A DNA stretch of 64,000 bases from Octopus bimaculoides (taxonomy: Eukaryota). Shown here piece by piece: positions 13,240-25,213 of the stretch; the stretch's first letter is position 1, and the number at the start of each line of letters is the position of its first letter. Below the pieces are notes generated by a model. The model was not told the DNA's origin. It saw nothing but the letters and a program-made list of their open reading frames with translations, and did not search any database. Location of the stretch: positions 55,948,663 through 56,012,662 of the forward strand of contig NC_068984.1 in NCBI RefSeq assembly GCF_001194135.2. The letters are read 5' to 3'. The position numbers and the translations under genes were made by a program.

Positions 13240-15544
13240 TCAGGTTTCATTCGGGGAAAGATGTAATCGTTACTGAGAAAGTCGATAAAACGGTGCTTTC
13301 GAAGAAAATACCTCATATGATATTTGTTTTGTCCAAGCTGGATATCCTTTTCCATATCACTCTGAACATTTTCAATGAAGTAAGCCCGCAATTTTTCTAC
13401 TGGAAATTTGTAACCAACGACACTATTGCACTCCAAATGCGATATATAAAACGAAAACAAAAATAAGCACAAATGATAAGAGATAGCTAGTAATTTCTGC
13501 CATTTGAGATATCGTAATATTAATGCATCAAACGTCAAGAGAGTTTTTGTTTAAATAATAATTCAGCGTGTTGATCTTAACCTTTGAACTTCACTGAACG
13601 ATTTATCTATATCCGATACAACAAAATGTAAAATATGAGGAAACTGATGTTGGTCTATGTTGGCAAAAATCAATTAATCAACAGGAAAGTTCAAAGTAGG
13701 TGAATATCATTTGTCGTGAGGTGTGTAAAGTGTAACATTTCACGCCTTAACCGTCATCTAAAAGTGAGCAAAGAAGAAGTAGTGTTGTCGCTTGATTTAG
13801 AAGGCACGTCCCGAAACGTTGAACTTTTCATGGTGAATTATTTTTTATTACTTTAGCTTTCTTATATCCGATACTATTTTGTATTGCATCTGAATTTGAA
13901 AATATCTACTAAATCACCAACTGAAAAATATAAACTAAATATATATATAATTTTTTTTTTTTTNNNNNNNNNNNNNNNGGGGGGGGGGGGTGTATTAACT
14001 AATTCTATTTGTGATTTAGAATGTGTATTTTTGCCTCAGTTTATCTAACTGCACAAGAAATACCGTGGATTTTCTAAAATTGAGACCCTATGATAGATTA
14101 TCGGTCTATTCGGAGAAGAGGGAATTTCTTATCTCTTTCTTATCAATTCAGAACGACAAATCCAGAGCTTAATTGTATTCTTATAAACTCCTGGCGTGGT
14201 GGAATGATATATCGAATATTAATATGTGCATTGTGAGAAAAAGAATGATCGAGAGAGAGGCATAGTCTGAGACAGGTAAAGTTAAGAGAGTAAGATAGAG
14301 TGAAAAATATGAAGAAGGAATAAGTGAGAAAACGAAAGAAAAATTAAAGAGAGCAAGTAAGCTGGATAGAGAGAATAAGAGGAAGAAAGGTATGAAAATA
14401 GAGAGAGAAAGGGGGGGAGGCTAAGGTCAGAGCTAAATTTAGGGTTAGAAGCGATACCATTGAATTCGTAGGGCAAATAGATATAAGGAATGAAGAGAGA
14501 AAGCTAGGGAGAGGGAGAAAATAAATTACACCTATGATTAACTACACCATAGCATTGCACATGTTAAATCTTCGCATCATAAATATAGAGATTCGAGATG
14601 CTTCTGAGAAATTACGATATTAGGATTAACGTTGCATCGGGTCGAGTTGACTTTCACAATAAATCGAGACGTCAATCGAGCGTTTGTGGTACGCCATTTT
14701 ACTTTTGTTGCCATGTTATTTTATTTGCTTCTGTGCTCTTCTGTGTATTTTTGTCACCATGGTAATTGAAAAGCAGTACAGGCAGACAGACAAGTATAAA
14801 TATTTAAACAAACACTATATCACACAAAATATTAAATGTGTTTGAGTTGGATGACGAACATAGAAAACATGGAAAACAAAGCAGAAAATAATTGTAAAAA
14901 TTTTTATACCAGTGACATAGAGATATTTACATGTTTATCAAAATTCAACAAGTCATAGAGAAAGATAGATGGAGTGATTAGATAGATGTGTGGGGGTGTT
15001 ATGTATACATGCATACATTCATACATANNNNNNNNNNNNNNNNNNNNNNNNNNNNNNNNNNNNNNNNNNNNNNNNNNNNNNNNNNNNNNNNNNNNNNNNN
15101 NNNNNNNNNNNNNNNNNNNNNNNNNNNNNNNNNNNNNNNNNNNNNNNNNNNNNNNNNNNNNNNNNNNNNNNNNNNNNNNNNNNNNNNNNNNNNNNNNNNN
15201 NNNNNNNNNNNNNNNNNNNNNNNNNNNNNNNNNNNNNNNNNNNNNNNNNNNNNNNNNNNNNNNNNNNNNNNNNNNNNNNNNNNNNNNNNNNNNNNNNNNN
15301 NNNNNNNNNNNNNNNNNNNNNNNNNNNNNNNNNNNNNNNNNNNNNNNNNNNNNNNNNNNNNNNNNNNNNNNNNNNNNNNNNNNNNNNNNNNNNNNNNNNN
15401 NNNNNNNNNNNNNNNNNNNNNNNNNNNNNNNNNNNNNNNNNNNNNNNNNNNNNNNNNNNNNNNNNNNNNNNNNNNNNNNNNNNNNNNNNNNNNNNNNNNN
15501 NNNNNNNNNNNNNNNNNNNNNNNNNNNNNNNNNNNNNNNNNAAT

Positions 15545-16140
15545 CAATCCAAACAAGAACAAGCAAGAAAAAACAACAACGCGAGGACGTGGTACAAGTT
15601 CTGTGTTATTGGACGCTCAGGAAAGGAAAAAAGAGAAAGAGGATTTCACGTTTCGAGCAGAGCTCTTTATCAGAAATATAGAGAAAGTCCAAAGAAAGGA
15701 AGACGGAGAAAGAAAATCGCCAACGATACACACGCGGTCACATATTGAAATGTTGTTGCAAGAGGTTGTAGAGACAGTCAGTAGGAGGAGGGGGTTGTGT
15801 TTAGTCCGAAAGGGATAGTTGTTCGTAGATTAAAAATATAACGCCGTTCCAGGCGGAGTCGCGAGTGTGTGGATCCGTGGTGCAGAGCGAGGCCAAAGAC
15901 GGAGATGTTAGAGGGGGGAGTGATTGGCCAAGCGGAAGTGACGGACGACGTGGGTGTTCGAACGTAGCCGAACATCTCTTAGATGTTCGGTGAACCGGTT
16001 GGCCAGCCAGCGACCAATCTGACCTACATATAGTTTATCACAGAGGTCGCATCTAATACAGTATAGAGGTGCAAGAGAAGGAATTTGTAATGCGAAATTA
16101 TGAAGGTTACTCTGATTGCTGTACGTAAAATGCAAACTTT
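15545..16140 (-). mobile_element. Penelope-like retroelement 3' remnant (GIY-YIG endonuclease + 3' region)
   Basis: LYCIRCDLCDKLYVGQIGRWLANRFTEHLRDVRLRSNTHVVRHF, then LRLERRYIFNLRTTIPFGLN; ctgataaagagctctgctcgaaac motif at 15650-15673. Confidence 0.88.
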
Positions 16141-16392
16141 TCTTTGTTTTTTGTAGATTAGGTGGGCATAATTCGTCCCTGCTTTTCAATTTCAATATTT
16201 AAGCTATGCATAATACTGTTGTAGTACACGTGCCGCGTACATTCCAACAACAACGTTTTCTTTATGTGCTATAAAGGCAGATGTAAATCTGCTCGCAGCT
16301 CAGTCGTGCACCTGTGTTTCGCTTATTTTTGTGTGTTTTACAACATAAAGGTTACCAACTGCCTACCCTGAATAATTACCGACGGAACGTGC

Positions 16393-16436
<44 letters not shown>

Positions 16437-17360
16437 AACATATATATGTGTGCATGTGTATTACACATATTTGTAAAGCAAGTACGTGCGTGTCAAATGT
16501 AACCTACTTCATTTATATGATCTTGGTTTCTTTTAAAATTGCAAGCTCTGGCCCCGTGAAATTATATGTATATGCAAACCTACATAGTAGTCATACAAGC
16601 ATTTTCAGTTTACTCATTTCTCCGTAAATTTCAAAAATATATAATGAAAACCCTTAATCAGTTTCCGTTACTTATTTGTGGTCTTATTTGAGATATTTAC
16701 TTCATTTGACCATTCCCAGCGAAATAAGTAACTGATCCGTTTATATACACATCAAACCTACTAGCTCCACGGAACTACAATGACTGTTTGAATATTATGT
16801 GTTTAATAGTTTATCCAATATCAGAAGCTTGTCAATAGGGTACCCAGTCCACACAGTATCAAGGCATGATATAATATAAGTAAGCCTACTTAGCAGACAT
16901 GTCAAATTAAGCTATTGGTTGAAAATATAAAGAACAGCCTCCACCAATTTTCGATCTTTATTGGGGTTTCATCAGTGGTGTCTACATCACTTGACTAATA
17001 TCTATGTATGTATGTATGTATGTATGTATGCATGTATGTATTATAATACATATAAATTTGATTGATGCTGGCACGAAGTTCTAAAGGTTGGTGGTGGGAT
17101 GCGGAAACTACATTTATGTAGCATTGAACAACGCACGTCACTGTCACTTATTTCATCCACAGAGGATCAACGTGTACGCTAAACTCGACTCTCGGGGAAT
17201 TTGAAATTAGAGTGCACAAAAACGAAAATAGTCCGAGGCATTTAGTGAGATACACTATAGTTTCTGTAGGTAATATTCTATATATGCTTGCATGCGCCTC
17301 TATGCGTATGTTCGTATGCGTGAGTGCGCGTGTGCGTATGAGTGAAATACATACATACAT

Positions 17361-17401
<41 letters not shown>

Positions 17402-17548
17402 CTGCATATAGAACTAATTCCTGAAATGTTAAGCAAATCAATACTGTTGCACTGTTCTTCTCGTCCTCTAAGAAAAGTAAATAAAAATAAGCTGCTCATC
17501 CGTATTAAATATATTCTCATTCGTGTGTGAAGATGAATGACTTTGAGT

Positions 17549-17762
17549 ACCTTACTATTATTATTATTATTATTATTATCATTATTATTATTATTATCAT
17601 CATCATTATTATTATCATCATCATTATTATTATCATCATCATTATTATCATCATCATTATTATCATCATCATCATTATTATTATCATCATCATCATCATC
17701 ATCATCATTATTACTACTACTACTACTACTACTACTATTGTTATTATTGTTATTATTATTAT
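17549..17762. repeat. compound (ATT)n/(ATC)n/(ACT)n trinucleotide microsatellite
   Basis: Seen directly; it explains the poly-I, poly-L/S and poly-M ORFs. Confidence 0.97.
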
Positions 17763-17859
17763 TTGGTTTGTCTACATTCTAATTCATTTCGTTTCTGCAG
17801 TAGACATTTCGTTTAATTTTCAGATTAGTAACGACAGAAAGAAAAAGATCAAACCAACT

Positions 17860-17935
17860 TTAAATTCTCTCTCTATCTCTCTCCCTATATATCTCTCTCT
17901 CTATCTATCTATCTCTTTATCCATCTATTTCTCTA

Positions 17936-17969
<34 letters not shown>

Positions 17970-17979
17970 NNNNNNNNNN

Positions 17980-18023
<44 letters not shown>

Positions 18024-18066
18024 CTCTAGCACTATCTGTCTATCTATTCATCTCTATCTATCCATC
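17860..18066. repeat. (CT)n/(CTAT)n microsatellite
   Basis: Seen directly. Confidence 0.95.
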
Positions 18067-18634
18067 TAATTCTTGAGTATCTTTATTAAAATAATCCACC
18101 ATACTTAAAGCTTGTATTTGGTTGCTCGACTTTTTCGAAGTAGCAATAAAAATCTTTAATTTACACTCACCATCCTAGAAAAGGACACATTGATTAATGT
18201 GATTCAGGGTTTCCTGAATTCACAAACGAAAAACGGAATCGTCACGGTTGGAAAGTACTTCGATCATAAATCTATTTCAGTAGGGTTGACCTGTCACTAA
18301 ACAATAACAACATCAACTTATTGTTAATATACTAAATATTAAAATTATAGTAAAACGAATCGTCGAGGAAGTTTCTATATGATCGACCTACCATCTAAAA
18401 ATAAAAGGAAAATGTCCTTAAATCATATCAGTTGTCTTGAAACAGAAAGGAACATAATAGGATAATACAGTCATAGTTATACTGTGCTGGAGAATACGGT
18501 CGTTGCTAAAACTGCTTTAAACATCTATTCAATCATGGCTGAAAGACAACAGCCACTGCAGTAAGAATTATGACTTGCTTAACAAGAAGATAATATTTTA
18601 CAAGAGGCGAGATTTAACTCGTAAATATTTTGTC

Positions 18635-18780
18635 GATGTGGCTGTGCTGTTAAGAAACTCACTTTGAAAATACATGGTTTCGGGTTCAGTCCTACTGCGC
18701 GACACATTTGGCGAGCTGCTTTTACTATAGCTCCGGGGTGACCAATGCCTTGTGAGTGAAATTGTGCAGGAGTTACTTTT
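18635..18780 (+). mobile_element. SINE family B head fragment
   Basis: gtggctgtgctgttaagaaactc...catggtttcgggttcagtcctactgcg...actatagctccggggtgaccaatgccttgtgagtg. Confidence 0.75.
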
Positions 18781-18809
18781 TGTATATGTGAGCGTGCGTG
18801 TATGTTTGT

Positions 18810-18982
18810 CTTCGTCTGTCTTTACGTTCTGAGTTCAAATTCTGCCGAGGTCGACTTTGCTTTTCATCCTTTCGGGAACGATAAATTAAGTACCAGTTGC
18901 GTACTGGGGTCGATCTAATCGACTGGATCCTCCCCCAAAACTTCGGGCCTTGTGCCTAGAGTAGACAAGATTCTGCTTGTAC

Positions 18983-19014
<32 letters not shown>

Positions 19015-19300
19015 TACACACACACACACGCACACACTGCTTGATAACCTGTATTGGTTAGACTTACAGTTTTATTGGAATTGACATGGCAGCAAGCTGG
19101 CAGAATCCTTAGCACGCCGAGTAAAACGCTTAGAGGCATTTCCCCCGTCTTCACGTTCTCAGTTGAAATTCCGCCGGAGTCGACTTGGCCTTTCATCCTT
19201 TCGAGATTGATAAAATAAGTACCAGTTGAGCTCTAGGTCGATGTAATCGACTTACCCCCTACCTTGAAATTGCTGGCCTCATGCCAAAATGTGAAACCAA
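18810..19300 (+). mobile_element. two tandem SINE family A copies with different 3' tails
   Basis: 18810-18975 ends ...ttcgggccttgtgcctagagtagacaagatt; 19085-19300 ends ...ttgctggcctcatgccaaaatgtgaaaccaata. Confidence 0.88.
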
Positions 19301-20241
19301 TATCATTGGCATTGATCATATAAGTACCAATTACGTTCTAGCTTTATTCAATTCAATTAATTAAATTTGTCCCATTCAGATATGAGACCGTGTGTTAATG
19401 TAAAAATCATTTAGACTTTAGTCATTCAGATACGAAATCAATTCCTACTGAAAGAGATTTTGCTTTACATTCATCCCAGATTGATTCAAATGACTAGAGC
19501 CATCCCCAAAACTGACTTCTCTAACAATGGATAAACAATCAATACTGCCTGTGATATCAATGTTATATCTGCTGTGCGTGTTTTACTAACTTCTATTTTC
19601 AGTCTGGTTTGAAGAAAACTTCATAAAAGATCGACACAAAGCATAGGATAATTCATTGATTATAATCATTCTATTAATGGTGTCCTTCTCTCTCTCTCTC
19701 CCTCTCCTTTTCTCTCCTTATCTCTCTCTCCCCTCTCTCTGAGAGGTTTGGTGACTCCAAAAACTTCTTCACTCAAGAAGTGGTTCTTTTTCTAGTGAAT
19801 GTAGAATATCATTGACTACTTCCGTTGATTGAAAGGCTAATACTTCTCATATGATGGTTAAACAAATTACCGATTCTACACTTCAAGCCTTTAGACTAGT
19901 TTTTCAAAAAAGGAAAGTCTGGAGAGAATTTACTGACGCTGTTACCAGGAATGTGAGGCAAGCTAATCCGAAAATCCACATTTTGGTGACAGGACAGAGT
20001 TAATAACAGTTGGCACTTCTAGTTACAGCAATTTCTTGAGAGTTATTATCTCTTCTGAAATGAAATTAGTAAAATATAATTTAGAAAAACTTTATCTCAA
20101 TTGAGTTTAAATTGATTAACTTTTCTCTCTGTTGAAAAGGAACTGGCAGAAAAATTTTGAATTTTTTGGATTGATTAGAGTAAAAGAAGTTTCTTCTGCC
20201 ATAAAATTTGCTGCATTTGAAAATAATGAAAAAAAATATAC

Positions 20242-20379
20242 CAGCTTGAAAGTAAGCTTCTGTGATTCTTGTAAGTAGTTTAGACAAAGACATTAGTAGT
20301 CTCAGTCTATAGGTAATTGCATAAATAACACTGACATTGTAATGACCCAATATACGTTGATAATGCATCACCGTCTGAT
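20242..20379 (-). CDS. candidate exon (QTVMHYQRILGHYNVSVIYAITYRLRLLMSLSKLLTRITEAYFQA)
   Basis: Strong acceptor ttttctattttctcttctccatcttacag| and donor ctg|gtatat; 138 nt with a single open frame. Confidence 0.35.
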
Positions 20380-21140
20380 CTGTAAGATGGAGAAGAGAAA
20401 ATAGAAAATTTTGTTTTCTCTTTTCATGATAAATAAGAATGACAGAACAATGTTTTTTTCATTGTTAAGGTCTAACCTTTGTTTTTCAGAAAAATATTTA
20501 TTACAGCTGCATTTAATCCAAGATCAACAACTCCAGTTCACATCAAAATCATTTCAGTCATGTTCACCAAGTCTCTTAGAGGACCCACGGTCTACATTAC
20601 TTAAAAGTTCTTTCTCTATTTAGATGTGGTAGAGTATGAAGTGAAGGATAGTTAGCAACTATTTCTAGTAAGTTGTATGTCCCCGCAAAGGTTCCTTCAA
20701 GTAAACCTAAGGTTATAGGCCTTCTTGCTATGACTACTGCATTTTTTTTTTTTTAGTCTCAGTGTATTTTCTACTGCATTATCCAACATGTCCTTAATTT
20801 TTTAATACGCTACTAATTATTTTATCGTCTCCAGAAGGTTCAAAAGCAATGCTAACCTCCGAAAGATTTGAACTCAGAACATAAAAGGTCGTAACTAGTG
20901 CAAAGTTTTTTTTGTCTGACACTTTAACGATTGTGCCAAATCCAACTCCGATAACTAGATTTTAAGTCTGTAAATGATGTTATTCTCCAGTAATGGACAG
21001 CATTAGTTTAATAACGGGTTATTATAAAGTTTGGCTGTACGTAAACCTTTCATAAATTAAAATACTTAAAGGGCATCAACATGTTTTAATAATCAGTTTT
21101 GCTTTTACATTATGCCGACATTGTGCGAACCGGTCAGCTT

Positions 21141-21157
21141 GGGCGGAGTCACGTGAG
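21141..21157. promoter_or_regulatory. adjacent GC box and E-box (GGGCGGAGTCACGTGAG)
   Basis: GGGCGG is immediately followed by the palindromic TCACGTGA in otherwise AT-rich unique sequence. Motif match only. Confidence 0.3.
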
Positions 21158-21498
21158 GTTTCGTAAATCACTTATCTTACAGGGATAATTCAATCAGAAA
21201 TTCTTATTGATCTTTTAATGAATTTTACTCCGGAATTTCACTGACAAAGCGGAAATGACAGGAAAAAAAGGAAAGAAGGAAAAAAAGCAAAAAACAAACA
21301 AGGGGGAAATACGAAATTGTGTATTAACATGAAGAGATTTTTTCTGAAATTAATGAGGTTAGCCAATTTATTTTTAAAATGTTAAGCTGTTAAAATGTAC
21401 ACCTAAGCCAGAGATACACACATTGTTAAACACGCTCACACGCGCGCGCTCACAAATACGTATACATACATACTCATACACGCACATATACACGCACA

Positions 21499-21529
<31 letters not shown>

Positions 21530-21764
21530 GATGACTGATTGACTGAATGAGAAATGATGATCGTATTTCTGCCACATTAGAACTGATCCAAGATTAAACA
21601 ACGATGACAGAACCCCAATGGACTTTGTTCTTGAATATCTGCTCTTGAACTCTGTTCTTAAATATCTCTACGCAACAAAATTTGATTAAAGCATCGAGAT
21701 TCTCAACTACCTTATTTGAATATTTAAAGCAACGGTTTTCAAGAAAGAAACTGCTGCTATAAGT

Positions 21765-22156
21765 AAGGCGGTGAGCTGGCAGAAACGTTAGCACGCCGGG
21801 CGAAATGCTTCGCTGTATTTCGTCTGCCGTTACGTTCTGAGTTCAAATTCCGCCGAGGTTGACTTTGCCTTTAATCCTTTCGGGGTCGATTAAATAAGTA
21901 CCAGTTACTGATTTTTATTCCCTCAAAAACAATGAAATATTGGTTTCAAATTTTAGCACAACGCCAGTAGTTTCAGGGAAGAAGATAAGTCGATTACACC
22001 GACCCAGGTGCTCGACTGATACTTATTTTATCGACCCCGAAAGGATGAAAGGCAAAGCCGACCTCGGTGGAATTAGAACTCAGAACGTAAATACAGTCGA
22101 AATGCCGCAAAGCACTTTGACCAGCATACTAGCGATTCTGCCTGCTCGCCGCCATC
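21765..22156. mobile_element. convergent (inverted) pair of SINE family A copies
   Basis: Plus copy 21765-21906 and minus copy ~21938-22156. Confidence 0.88.
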
Positions 22157-22747
22157 GAAGTCAATAAAACATTGACAAAAAACATATATAGAAACATAAA
22201 TACAGACAAATATAAAAATACAGACATATATAGAAATAAACAATTTGTGACCTTGTGTCAGTGCAAGAAACAGTTATAATTGCTGTCAGTTGTAAAGCTA
22301 GATCATAAAATATGTATTCCATTGAGGATTAGTGTGTCAAAATGTCCTGCACATCCTGTCTAAATATTTAAGAGCAGATGTTAATACGATAATAATTTTT
22401 CTTCAGAGCGGAAATTTTCGTTTTCTCATATCTATCTACGCTACGTTATTATTCATTTCATTTCTGATCAGCAAGTTTCTTTTCCGGATGTGTACACGGT
22501 GCCGAACTGGATGCACACTAAAATCTTCTAATGACACCAAATAACGATCGGAGACAGAATCGTGATGTAAATATTACAAATTGTTTATTTTCTGAACAAG
22601 AGGTTAATAGTCTGAATACTTTTAGTCTTAAAACAATTAAGTTGTCCATTCTGGTTAACTTTTTTATATATATAAGACAAAAGAATAAAAATTTAAGTTC
22701 CTTTTCCCTGAGCTCGTTCCTGCAAATGTATTAAAATTAATAATAAT

Positions 22748-23200
22748 TATTATTACCTCCGCCTTAGCGAAGGCGGAGGTATTGTTTTTAGTCGCGTTTG
22801 TTTGTCCGTGGACAAAATATCTCAAGAACCGCTGGATGGATTCGGATGAAACTTTCAGGAATGTTTGGCCTCGTGACTGGCACGAACTGATTAGATTTTG
22901 AAATCGATCGAGTACTGGACAAGGATTCTGGGTTATTTTTTCGATTTCTTTACTTAATTTTTGAGAGTGGTCGGTTTCATTTTTAGTATTCTCGTTTGTG
23001 AGAGAAGTCGAGTTTATTTCAGATATTCTCATTTTAAATATCATCTCCGGCTTATCGTTGAGAACACGTTGGTGTTGTATCGAGTCATTTGATTCCCTGT
23101 TGCATTTGATGTGTGTTCGTTTTATATAAGTCTTGTTGTGTTTGAATTGTTGAAGGTCTATCGCACCTAATTGTTGTTTGAATTGTTAAATTTATTGTTA
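22748..23200 (+). mobile_element. DINE-1/HINE-like (Helentron-associated) non-autonomous element; right end uncertain
   Basis: Perfect 12-bp hairpin tacctccgcctt-agcg-aaggcggaggta (22754-22781), then gtttgtttgtccgt micro-repeats, then atatctcaagaaccgctggatggattcggatgaaactttcagg: the DINE-1-like layout. Confidence 0.65.
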
Positions 23201-23430
23201 CTTGAATTTTTATTTTTCTTCCCCACTTATGGGTGAAGTTGTGGATAATATCGTTATGGAATGTCAACCAGTTCCAGCAGGCAGTTACGCTGCAGTGACT
23301 GGGAAAAGTCTAACACTAGATATACTTCAAACATTAAAATACGTGGTAATTTGAGTTTCACATAGAATTGAATTCGAACGTGGTTACAAAGTCGTTGCCT
23401 TTCGATTCAGATGATTAATAATTCATAATA

Positions 23431-24147
23431 ATTTGGCACAAGGCCAGCAATGTTCTAGGCAAGAAAGCAAGTCGATTACACCGACTCCAATACTCAACGG
23501 GTAATTATTTTATTGACCCCCAAATAATGAAAGGCAAGATCAACCACGACAGCATTTGAACTAAGAACGTAAATATCCGGATGAAATGCTTCTAAGTATT
23601 TTGCTCGGTGCGGTAACGGTTCTTCCAGCTCACCGTATAAACGTTCCAATTGATAATCCTTTCTACTATAGATGATACAAAGCCTAAAATTTGGTGCGCT
23701 GTGGACGTCGATTACATTGACCCCCATTGCTTAACTGGTACTTATTTTATTGATCCTGAAAAGATGAAAGGCAAAGTCGACCTCGGCAGAATTTGAATCC
23801 AGAACATAAAGATGGACAAAATACCGCTGAGCATTTTGTTCAGCGTACTAATGATTCTGCCAGCTCGTCGCTTTAAGGTTCTGATTTACAATAAAATTCG
23901 ATGTTTTACAATAATTAGTCACTAACAAAATATTGGTTTCCAATTTGGCACAAGGCCAGCAATGTCATTGAAGAAGGTAAGTCGATTTCATCGACCCTGG
24001 TGCTCAACTGGTATTTATTTTATAGAATTTGACTGGATGGAAGGCAAAGCAGCCTCGGCAGAATTGAAACTCAGAACGTAAGGACGGACGAAATACCGCT
24101 AAGCATTTTTCCCGACGTGCTAACGATTCTGCCAGCTCGCCGCCTTA
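23431..24147 (-). mobile_element. three head-to-tail SINE family A copies
   Basis: Units at ~23431-23640, 23660-23875 and 23931-24147, each with the central-domain reverse complement (atgaaaggcaaagtcgacctcgg) and head. Confidence 0.88.
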
Positions 24148-25175
24148 GCACTGACAAAATTTTGCAAACACATTTCGCCTAGAAAAATACAATCTGTAGA
24201 AATTAAACTTACTAAGTATTGTATTCGTGTGAGTGAAAAAAATATGCATAAATTAAGCTAAAAATATATTCAAGAAACAAATGGCTGTGACAGCATCTCG
24301 CCATCCGACAAGAACCCTGCTGGCAAAATAACTTTGTCTCTATTTATTAGACAGTCTCTGTTTGTTAGCTGAACGTAGATTGCGCCTAAATTATTTGATT
24401 ATATTTTCTCCAATGACTATTTTTGACCAGTTAAAAGGAACCATGTGATGTACAGAATAGAAGTAACCTAGTGGGCTAATTTTGTACTAAGCTTTAGACG
24501 AAGTGAAAATTAACTGCATATGTTTGTCATAATTGTTCTTTTATATTGTACGAAAGAGAATATAATATACAGTATTGTCCAATTGTTATTGAAGTGCAGC
24601 CATTGCTAAGATATTGCGTTGTTGATTACATAGAATCATGAACTTCGAACAACTTATATGGTTGACTTGGGCTTTTTTACTGAAGAACCTTGGAGGAATG
24701 AAAAGCAAGGTGAACATGAGTGTAAATTGAACTCAGACGAGACTGCATTCACGCCAACACACGCAAAGATATAAGATATGGATTCAGAGAATCCTGCGGC
24801 TATGACAATAAGCTCCTGCTACAGAACTTACCCTTTACTCTTTCCTCCGTTGTTTACCTTTCACTGATCAAATCAATGTAATTTTGTCCAGTTCTGGCCT
24901 TCTTTGTATTTTAAACACAAAAAGTAACTTTTGTGTGTATATTTTGAGTTGATCTGTTGATGTAAATACGATGTTTTGGTAATCTAATAAGCTAGGTTTC
25001 TTTATTTGCATTAATTAGTCAATATGCAATTGTATTGCATAATCTTGAGCTCACATATTATAGCAAATATATATGCATAATTTCTTGTCTATTGAAGGTT
25101 ACAAAACAGCCGTAAGCCAATGGAAGTCATGTGGTTAAATAAATCTATATTCACTTCTCATCTCCTGACTTTATG

Positions 25176-25213
<38 letters not shown>

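Noticed and set aside
13236-13538. 100-aa ORF (FPVEKLRAYF...RMKPE) as a gene, or 13399-13312 as an internal exon
   Set aside because: No recognisable homology and only moderate splice signals; it conflicts with the better-supported 13195-12721 junction. Left unresolved.
13790-13835. Second hammerhead-like motif (gaaggcacgtcccgaaacgtt)
   Set aside because: The CUGANGA box is missing and there is no Penelope coding remnant nearby.
14668-14700. CRE-like GACGTCA plus YY1-like CGCCATTTT as a promoter
   Set aside because: Short motifs expected by chance; no associated exon within ~1 kb.
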